The notes beneath the pieces are model-generated. The model was not told the DNA's origin, made no database searches, and saw nothing but the letters and a program-made list of their open reading frames with translations. The position numbers and the translations under genes are program-made. This document shows, in pieces, positions 56,892 through 64,000 of a stretch of DNA of 64,000 nt. Each line of letters starts with the position of its first letter. The first letter of the stretch is position 1. The DNA is from a virus, in IMG/VR virus record IMGVR_UViG_3300042542_004852; one strand, given 5' to 3'.

Positions 56892-59279
56892 ATGAGGATG
56901 AAAAAACTTAACTTGACCCCGCGTGTCAAAAAAGCTCTGGAGCAAGCCCAAGAACTTGCGAAGTCTTTGGGGCATGAGAGAATCAATTGCGCACACATGT
57001 TTAAGGCCATCATGGAATTAGATTATCCTATGTTCCGAACTGTTTTGCGTCCATTCATGGTTAATCAGTATGAATTGGCAGAAAAGATTATTCCTTTTGT
57101 AGAAGAGAATCATCCAGACTTCTTTAAAAAGAAAGCTAATGAAAAGACTTGGCATAATGAAATTGAAGAAATACTTAAATTCGCAAACGAAACAAGCGGC
57201 AATTTAAAACAGGAATACATTGGCGTAGAGCATATCTTATATGCTTTAATAGTCACTTCTCCAACAGTGCGTGGATTTTTGGAACACAAACATTTTCCAA
57301 TTGATGATTTTGCCGAATTATTAATTAATCATTTGGACCCAAATTCTGTCAAGAAAAAAGTCGAAACAGAACCCGAAACTCAAGAAGACACTGCTATCAA
57401 GCAGACCTATGTTAAAAAATACTGCACAAATCTAACCGAACTAGCCACAAATAATAAATTAAATAATGTCTATGGCAGAGATGTTGAAATTGCAACTCTT
57501 GCAGAGACTTTCTTGAGAAAAACAAAGAATAATATTATTCTCATTGGCGATCCTGGCGTAGGCAAAACAGCCATCGTTGAAGGTTTGGCTTACAAGATTA
57601 TTGTTGACGAAACCACTCCTCTTTTAAAGAACAAGATTTTGATTTCATTGAACATGGCATCCATGATCGCTGGCACAAAATATCGCGGCCAATTTGAGCA
57701 AAGATTCCAAGGGCTTCTTGATGAACTAAAAGAAAATAGCAATTTTATCATTTTCATTGATGAAATTCACACTATGATTGGTGCTGGTAATGGAGAGGGA
57801 GCACTAGATGTGGCAAACATGCTCAAACCTGCTTTGGCTCGCGGAGAAATCACTTGTATTGGCGCTACAACACATGCTGAATACAAGAAGCTGTTTGAGA
57901 AGGACGGTGCGTTAAAACGCCGCTTTGAAGCTATTACAATTGAAGAGCCAGACAATCTTCAAACCAAAAAGATTCTCATGTCCTCAAAAAAACAATTTGA
58001 AGACTTTCATGGAGTGGTTTATTCAGAACAGATTATTGAAGACATTATTTTCCTTTGTGAGAAATATGTTCCTTACAAAAAATTTCCTGACAAAGCTTTC
58101 GACATGCTGGATTTGCTAGGATCAAGAGTAAAAATTGCTAACTTTGCTATTCCTAAAAAAATCAAGAATCTCGAAAAGAAAATCCAAAAGAACATCAACA
58201 ACATCAAGAATCCAAAACACTCAAACGAGTGTGAAAAAATGATTGAGGAGTTTGGCCAAAAACTAATTGAATGGTCTGAAAAAGGTCGCAAATTTATTCC
58301 AATCTCAACAGATCATATCATTGATGTTTTTTCTCAAAAGCTAGGAATCAATAAAAATAAAATTATTTTCGCAAATAATCTGCAAAATGAAGACATTTTC
58401 GAGACTCTTAAAAATGACATTTTTGGACAAGACGAGGCTTTGGTAAAAATTAGCGACATTCTAATCTGCTCAAAAGCTGGTCTTAAACCCAAAAACAAAC
58501 CAATGGGCAAATTTTTATTTGTTGGCCCAACAGGAGTTGGCAAAACTTGGACAGCCAAGTTGATCGCCGAAAAGTTCTTTGGCAACGAAAAGAGTTTGTT
58601 GAAACTTGACATGAGCGAGTATCAAGAATCAAGCTCAATCAATAAATTAATTGGTTCTGCTATTGGATATGTAAAATGTGAAGAAGGCGGCATACTAACA
58701 GAGTTCGTTAGAAATCGACCAAACAGCGTAATTCTTTTTGACGAAATTGAAAAGTCCCATAGAGACATTAACAATTTACTGCTTCAAATTTTGGATGATG
58801 GCTATGTGACTGACAGCATGGGTCGCAAAATTGATTTCTCAAACTCCATCATTATTCTCACAAGTAATCTTGGCCACGAACAAGTTTCCAAAGCATCAAT
58901 GGGTTTCTTGCCAGTTCAAGATGATCAAGATTCTAAATATAAAAAATCAATCGAGAACTTTTTTAAGCCAGAATTTCTGGCCAGATTAGACGATGTTGTT
59001 GTATTTAATAAGATTTCGAAGAATGAGTTTAAGAAAATATTTGATAAAATGATTCAAAAAACATGCGAGTCTCTTCATCAAAACAATAAAAAAATTCACA
59101 TCTCGGAAGACACAAAAGAGTTTTTATTGAAAAAGATTGAAGAAAATGGCAACAACGCTCGATCCATTCAAAAAGTCTATCGTCAATATTTGGAAATTCC
59201 ATTGGCTAAATTTATGCTTCAAAATCCCAATCCAGAAATTTCTGCAAAAATCTCTGATGCCAAGGTAATATTTGAATGA
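56892..59279 (+). CDS. ClpA/ClpC-type AAA+ unfoldase
   Basis: Clp-N repeats, GDPGVGKT, FIDEIH, GPTGVGKT, MGF loop. Confidence 0.92.
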   Translation: MRMKKLNLTPRVKKALEQAQELAKSLGHERINCAHMFKAIMELDYPMFRTVLRPFMVNQYELAEKIIPFVEENHPDFFKKKANEKTWHNEIEEILKFANETSGNLKQEYIGVEHILYALIVTSPTVRGFLEHKHFPIDDFAELLINHLDPNSVKKKVETEPETQEDTAIKQTYVKKYCTNLTELATNNKLNNVYGRDVEIATLAETFLRKTKNNIILIGDPGVGKTAIVEGLAYKIIVDETTPLLKNKILISLNMASMIAGTKYRGQFEQRFQGLLDELKENSNFIIFIDEIHTMIGAGNGEGALDVANMLKPALARGEITCIGATTHAEYKKLFEKDGALKRRFEAITIEEPDNLQTKKILMSSKKQFEDFHGVVYSEQIIEDIIFLCEKYVPYKKFPDKAFDMLDLLGSRVKIANFAIPKKIKNLEKKIQKNINNIKNPKHSNECEKMIEEFGQKLIEWSEKGRKFIPISTDHIIDVFSQKLGINKNKIIFANNLQNEDIFETLKNDIFGQDEALVKISDILICSKAGLKPKNKPMGKFLFVGPTGVGKTWTAKLIAEKFFGNEKSLLKLDMSEYQESSSINKLIGSAIGYVKCEEGGILTEFVRNRPNSVILFDEIEKSHRDINNLLLQILDDGYVTDSMGRKIDFSNSIIILTSNLGHEQVSKASMGFLPVQDDQDSKYKKSIENFFKPEFLARLDDVVVFNKISKNEFKKIFDKMIQKTCESLHQNNKKIHISEDTKEFLLKKIEENGNNARSIQKVYRQYLEIPLAKFMLQNPNPEISAKISDAKVIFE

Positions 59280-59300
59280 GAGCAGCGTAATTATTGAGCA

Positions 59301-59516
59301 ATGAATACTCGAACAAATAATATTGTTAGCGCGATGCGCTCTAGTCGTGGCCGTTTCTTCGGCCTTACCACCACTCAAGGTAATTCCGTGAATGGTCGTT
59401 TCGTCTCTGAAACCCCAAAGTATGTGCGCGTTTATGACCGAAACCGCAACGAAAACCTTACTCTCGCCAAGAGCAGTCTAGCTGCCTATCGGCAAGGCAG
59501 TAACGTAATCGCCTAA
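59301..59516 (+). CDS. small basic hypothetical protein
   Basis: ORF with GCGTAA-N10 upstream and terminator downstream. Confidence 0.65.
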   Translation: MNTRTNNIVSAMRSSRGRFFGLTTTQGNSVNGRFVSETPKYVRVYDRNRNENLTLAKSSLAAYRQGSNVIA

Positions 59517-59533
59517 CTGAAAAAATATAAATT

Positions 59534-59565
59534 AGAAACCCCTCGAAATCGAGGGGTTTCTTTTT
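59534..59565 (+). terminator. rho-independent terminator
   Basis: AGAAACCCCTCG-AAAT-CGAGGGGTTTCT followed by T run. Confidence 0.85.
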
Positions 59566-59574
59566 ATTATAATT

Positions 59575-60630
59575 ATGCCGAGAATAACTAATCTCTTTAA
59601 AGAAAAAGCTTATGTATTTTCTTCTGAGCCTAAAGTCTATGAAGGCGAAAAGACGCTGATTAAAAAAATATATTCAGATAATAACTTACCGCAGCCTAAA
59701 AAAATTGAATTTTTAGACGCCAACATAAATAACGATCTATTTTTAGTTGAAAATAATTTAGGTAAATTTTGTGTTAAATTAAGCTTGGATGAGAAAAACA
59801 AATTCCTTCATAAAGAATTTGAAATCTTACTTAGAAATTTTGATAAAAAAATTATGATGTATCCATTGATGTGTGGGTACGCTAAAGAATATAATAATAT
59901 TGAATATTCAATTACTGGATACGCTCCGATCCCAAATATCGGAGATGCTGGAATAGCTAATTTGCTAAGTAACGAATCTTTGCCAATGTTTTTTGAAAAT
60001 CTAAATAACTTTAGAATGGTAGAAAATCTACCTTCTCAGCAGGAGTTTTTAAACAAGTATTTATATTTTGATTTATTAAAATTACCTGATTTTGACGCAA
60101 AATGGATTGAAAAGCATTTTGAAATTAAAAAGCTAATAAGTGAACAAGTTGCGTTTTTACAAAATTTTTTAATTAAAAATATTTCTATCGTTGAAAGTGA
60201 TGTGAAAAAAGTTTGTCATGGTAATTTAAATAAATCTACAATTCTAGCTTTTGGAGAATACTTGCATGCAATCAATTGGGAAAACGCTTATGTTGGCAAT
60301 TTTTTATTCGAAATGGCTTTATTAAAATTTGAACTATTTTACGATTTTAACTTTGAAAATTATTTATTCTCCGATTTTGAGGCGAGAACTAAAAAACAAA
60401 TAAATCCAGTTAAGCTAAAAGACTACAAAACATTTGCAAGTTATTTTTCTTTGTTGAAAATAATGGTAGATTATTTAATAGAAGTTTATATATTAAGATG
60501 CAATCGAGAAAATAAAATTTTAGATTGCGCTATCAAATTCAGTAAGAATTATGATAGTTTTTATCAACTCCCCAATTTCGATAAAAAGCTAAAACCCATA
60601 GCTGAATTTTTTGTAGAAAGTGTAATTTAA
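59575..60630 (+). CDS. APH/choline kinase-like protein, probable pseudokinase
   Basis: FCVK, E..IL, CHGNL, INWE. Confidence 0.7.
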   Translation: MPRITNLFKEKAYVFSSEPKVYEGEKTLIKKIYSDNNLPQPKKIEFLDANINNDLFLVENNLGKFCVKLSLDEKNKFLHKEFEILLRNFDKKIMMYPLMCGYAKEYNNIEYSITGYAPIPNIGDAGIANLLSNESLPMFFENLNNFRMVENLPSQQEFLNKYLYFDLLKLPDFDAKWIEKHFEIKKLISEQVAFLQNFLIKNISIVESDVKKVCHGNLNKSTILAFGEYLHAINWENAYVGNFLFEMALLKFELFYDFNFENYLFSDFEARTKKQINPVKLKDYKTFASYFSLLKIMVDYLIEVYILRCNRENKILDCAIKFSKNYDSFYQLPNFDKKLKPIAEFFVESVI

Positions 60631-60634
60631 TTAT

Positions 60635-60838
60635 ATGCCTTTACCAAAACCCTCGGAGAAAGAAAAAGAACAAGAATTTGTTAGCCGCTGCATGGCGGAT
60701 GACATGATGAACAAAGACTATAAAGATCAAAAACAAAGAGCCGCAGTTTGCTATTCTCAATTCAAGCGCAGAATAAAAAACAAAGGCGAAGCCTCTTGGG
60801 ACGACGTTCGCAAGGGAGATTCTCTCGGATTAGTGTAA
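60635..60838 (+). CDS. small phage protein
   Basis: MPLPKP...E.EFVSRCM...QRAAVC; GTGTAA-N9 upstream. Confidence 0.7.
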   Translation: MPLPKPSEKEKEQEFVSRCMADDMMNKDYKDQKQRAAVCYSQFKRRIKNKGEASWDDVRKGDSLGLV

Positions 60839-60863
60839 TTATACCAAAGGCAAAAGGAAAAAT

Positions 60864-62540
60864 ATGGCAACTTACGTTCTTCAAAACTCCGCTCAGCAAA
60901 TTGATGCTGCTGTAACAGCAGCTTATTCTGGTCTTGTATTAGGTGGCACAGGATTAGCTCGCATAACTGGCAACCAAACAATTAGCGGCGTTAAAACTTT
61001 TGCGGATCAAGCTGTTTTTTCTAGCGGTGCTATTTTAAATGGCCCAACTCAGTTAAATAATATTGGAACCATCACTCCTACTGGAAATGCTATTATAGAT
61101 TTGGGCAGTGCTTCTAATCAATTTAAGACTGGTTGGTTTAGTGGTATTTCTGGAGCAAATGCAATTATTAGGAATCTAATCGTTTCAGACAGCTTCTCTG
61201 CGCCGATTATTGGATTACAATTAATTAATTCTACAGGTATCAGCGTTACCCTTTCTGGCACAACAAATTTAAACTCTGCTAATTTTAGCGGCAATATCAA
61301 CTCTGCTGGAACAAATACCTTTAGCGGCAACCTAAATGTTTCTGGCAACTCAGTCTTTAATGGAACCATTACCGCCACTGGTAATAAAACGTTTTCTGGC
61401 ACACTCTCTCAAACAGGCAATTTAAATTTATTTGGTGGTTTAAATCATTCTGGTGATTTTATATCTACTGGAAGTTTTAGTCATAGCGGATCGCTCACAA
61501 ATAGCGGCAATGTAAATTTTGTGGGAGATTTAAGCTCAAGAGGAAATATTACATTTAATGGAGATGAAAATAAAAATTTCCAATTCACAGGAAACGGCGC
61601 AAACTTTATTGTTAGTGGTGCAAACTTTAATGTTAATGCGGCCTTAAATTTAATTGGAGATTTTCTATTAACTGGAAATCAACATAATTTAGTAGGAAAT
61701 TTATTCCATACTGGTGGCCACTATCACAGTGGACAATTAATCAATGTCGGAGAATTTAGACATACTGGAGACTTTACAGTAGTGGGTCTTTCCAATTTTA
61801 ATGCGAGAGCAACCATGTCAAGTGGAGTTTCGTTAAACGGAAACGGATATACGCCATCTCTTGTATTGCAGAAAAATCTAGTAAATCTATCTGTTCCATC
61901 TGGAGGAGCAATTGAATACGGCCAAAATGGTTCATTTTATTTCACTAATGAAACTACTGGATATTCAAATAGAACTCTTTTAAACTCAATTTACACACTA
62001 TTTCTACCAACACAATATTTTGTTGGTCCCCTTGCAAACACATTTGACACTTTGCCTTTAGGCAATACAGGTGTGTATCTGAATACAGGAACTTATCATA
62101 TTGTTTATCATACAAGATTTAAAAAAGGCTCTACAGACAAAACTGTCATGATGGGTTTAACAGGTGGAGGTTCTGCATCTTTCACCAATAGATTTGGCGG
62201 AATCAAAAAAAGACATTTCACAGATCAAGTTAATGCTGGATTTTCTTTTAATATCACTGGATCGTCTTCCGTCAATGCTGTATTTGCTTCTGGAGCGCTG
62301 GGCAGAAACGAATCTTTAACCATTGATTCTTCAACTGATGCTAGATCATTAGGATATTTTGAATTTGATTGTGTTGTAACTGTTACTGGACTAACTAAAG
62401 TGCGTCCATTTTTTAGATCAATTGATGCTTCTGCTTCAGATACTGTGACTGGTTCACAATTTGTGATGAGAGTAACTCCATTGAGCACTGGCATTGGTAG
62501 TGGATTGGCTTCTGCATCTGGTCCTTGGACGGATGCTTAA
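60864..62540 (+). CDS. Gly/Asn-rich fibre-like virion protein
   Basis: TGNQTISGVKTF fibre motif, DLGS....F, 6-residue G-periodic repeats. Confidence 0.75.
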   Translation: MATYVLQNSAQQIDAAVTAAYSGLVLGGTGLARITGNQTISGVKTFADQAVFSSGAILNGPTQLNNIGTITPTGNAIIDLGSASNQFKTGWFSGISGANAIIRNLIVSDSFSAPIIGLQLINSTGISVTLSGTTNLNSANFSGNINSAGTNTFSGNLNVSGNSVFNGTITATGNKTFSGTLSQTGNLNLFGGLNHSGDFISTGSFSHSGSLTNSGNVNFVGDLSSRGNITFNGDENKNFQFTGNGANFIVSGANFNVNAALNLIGDFLLTGNQHNLVGNLFHTGGHYHSGQLINVGEFRHTGDFTVVGLSNFNARATMSSGVSLNGNGYTPSLVLQKNLVNLSVPSGGAIEYGQNGSFYFTNETTGYSNRTLLNSIYTLFLPTQYFVGPLANTFDTLPLGNTGVYLNTGTYHIVYHTRFKKGSTDKTVMMGLTGGGSASFTNRFGGIKKRHFTDQVNAGFSFNITGSSSVNAVFASGALGRNESLTIDSSTDARSLGYFEFDCVVTVTGLTKVRPFFRSIDASASDTVTGSQFVMRVTPLSTGIGSGLASASGPWTDA

Positions 62541-62542
62541 TT

Positions 62543-63202
62543 ATGGCTTATCTAAATCACAACGTTCCCACAATCACTTGCTTAATTCGAAACGAATATT
62601 TGTTTAATCACGAAAAAGGTCACGGCGAATACACATCTGCTGATGTTCATTCTGTAGCTTCCATCGAGAAGCGAGTGCCTCTTTTTGAAGCTTATTTGGA
62701 TAACGGCGTAAACTGGACGCGCCGACCAATCACAGCGTTTTGCTGGAAACCTTGCGATCCAGTGCCTCTTGAGCACGCAATGTATTGGGACTGCTTCAGT
62801 CCCTACGTTGACGTTCAAGTGCGTCAGAGGCTCAAAGGATTGCGAGCCAAGCTCATCACACCATCCAACACCAAAGAAGTTGGTGAATACCTCTTTACTC
62901 TTGACTGGAGTTGGGAAAACAAAAGCATTTTAGACACTAATTTTAGCGAAACTCCAGAGCATAAATGCGCTCATTTCTTTAAAATGGATAACGGCAATTT
63001 CTACGCCTACCCAAATAATCGCATCGTCTGGCATGACGACGCATGGGTGAAAGAACCGATTGATAAAAATCCAGGTTATAAAATTGATTTAAATATTTAT
63101 TCCGTGGAAAACAAGAGAACTAAATTTACAGATTATAGTTACATCACTGAATTCTCAGATGCGCCAATCAATCATCCAGAACCTAAAACTGCCACAATGT
63201 AA
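62543..63202 (+). CDS. conserved-looking phage hypothetical protein
   Basis: WDCFS, EHKCAH, GNF.AYPNNRI. Confidence 0.75.
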   Translation: MAYLNHNVPTITCLIRNEYLFNHEKGHGEYTSADVHSVASIEKRVPLFEAYLDNGVNWTRRPITAFCWKPCDPVPLEHAMYWDCFSPYVDVQVRQRLKGLRAKLITPSNTKEVGEYLFTLDWSWENKSILDTNFSETPEHKCAHFFKMDNGNFYAYPNNRIVWHDDAWVKEPIDKNPGYKIDLNIYSVENKRTKFTDYSYITEFSDAPINHPEPKTATM

Positions 63203-63560
63203 GCTCGGCGTTTCAAAAATCGCTGGAGCAGGAGTTGGAGTTTTTACTCTTTCTAGTTTTCAAAAAGGCTATCCAGTTTTTGGCCCAAGAGGAACAAACT
63301 ACTTTATTCGCTGGGAAGAGTTAGCTGATGTGTCAAACGCTGTGAAAGACTACATTCAGTGTATTTGCCACTCTGATGGTGATGGGTTCTTTATTGATAG
63401 TTTTTTGGACCAGATTGATTTGAGTTTTTATGTTAATCATTCTGAAACGCCCAACTTGTTTCACGACGAAAACGCAGACGTTTACTTCACAGCTAGAGAA
63501 ATAAAAGCTGGAGAAGAGTTGACTCTTCTATATCCAGAGCACGAAAGAGACTGGATTTAA
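63159..63560 (+). CDS. SET domain protein (lysine methyltransferase)
   Basis: S.I.G.GVGVF, YVNHSETPN, REIKAGEELT..Y. Confidence 0.9.
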   Translation: MRQSIIQNLKLPQCKLGVSKIAGAGVGVFTLSSFQKGYPVFGPRGTNYFIRWEELADVSNAVKDYIQCICHSDGDGFFIDSFLDQIDLSFYVNHSETPNLFHDENADVYFTAREIKAGEELTLLYPEHERDWI

Positions 63561-63986
63561 TTAAGACCTATTCTGATAACAGAATAAGCCATAGTCAACC
63601 ATAATTTCTAAAAATCTTTGAACAGTTATGGTGCGTGGTTGTTTAATGTGGTCCCAAATTGTGATCTCTGTGCTTGGCAACATTTTGTTTTGCTGCAATG
63701 CTAAACTTAAGAGTGTAATCAATTTGCTAAATTCTGCTTCATCTTCTCTATTTGCAGAGAGTTTGTAATTCTCTGGTTGCACATTGAAGGGATCAATTGA
63801 TCCATTTGCAGCACTAGCAAAGTAAGCTATTGCACCATCAAAAGAATCAGCATAAACCCAGCCGTCTATTGGGTATTCGTATGAATCTTTGTCAGATACG
63901 ACCAACATGTAATTAGGCCCATTCACTATATTTGGGGCAAATAAAATTTCTGTTTCTTCTTTTTTGTAAAATCCTGCGTTGTTCAT
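63561..63986 (-). CDS. hypothetical protein
   Basis: Convergent ORF; YEYPIDGW motif. Confidence 0.65.
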   Translation of the reverse strand: MNNAGFYKKEETEILFAPNIVNGPNYMLVVSDKDSYEYPIDGWVYADSFDGAIAYFASAANGSIDPFNVQPENYKLSANREDEAEFSKLITLLSLALQQNKMLPSTEITIWDHIKQPRTITVQRFLEIMVDYGLFCYQNRS

Positions 63987-64000
63987 AAAATTATCCTGAT

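Noticed and set aside
60864-62540. Many N-x-S/T sequons as evidence of N-glycosylation
   Set aside because: Expected from the high Asn/Ser/Thr content, and no oligosaccharyltransferase is present.
1-64000. Stop-codon reassignment, tRNA or rRNA genes
   Set aside because: Standard-code ORFs tile the window densely and TAA, TGA and TAG all end genes; no cloverleaf or T-loop motif was seen in the short intergenic gaps.

Overview
This is a 64-kb segment of a large, AT-rich tailed phage genome (siphovirus-type, with a lambda-like gpL-gpK-gpI-gpJ tail tip). Layout: (i) 1-15 kb, minus strand: small accessory genes (macrodomain, two YopX, prolyl 4-hydroxylase, holin-like, ThyX, UvsE, ECF sigma, a T4 beta-glucosyltransferase-like GT, sulfotransferase). 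(ii) 15.3-24.5 kb, plus strand: tail-tip operon ending in a fibre with poly-Thr tracts, Cys-rich repeats and dense [S/T]-G motifs. (iii) 24.5-37.4 kb, minus strand: glycosyltransferases, sulfotransferase, 2OG oxygenase, HSP20, SSB, a second sigma-like factor, dNMP kinase and dUTPase. (iv) 37.6-63.6 kb, plus strand: class Id-type RNR, a second glycan cluster, RecA, DnaB, primase, a three-piece PHP/DnaQ/DnaE replicase, ClpC-like ATPase, pseudokinase, second fibre and SET protein. Best candidate for an undescribed system (inference): a phage-encoded virion glycosylation/sulfation pathway of about 15 glycan genes, paired with mucin-like and [S/T]-G-rich virion proteins. Other sequence-level signals: leaderless sigma70 promoters, a GTGTAA motif at fixed distance before start codons, and apparent absence of CCGG and RGATCY. 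All family calls come from motif recognition by eye; no database searches were run.
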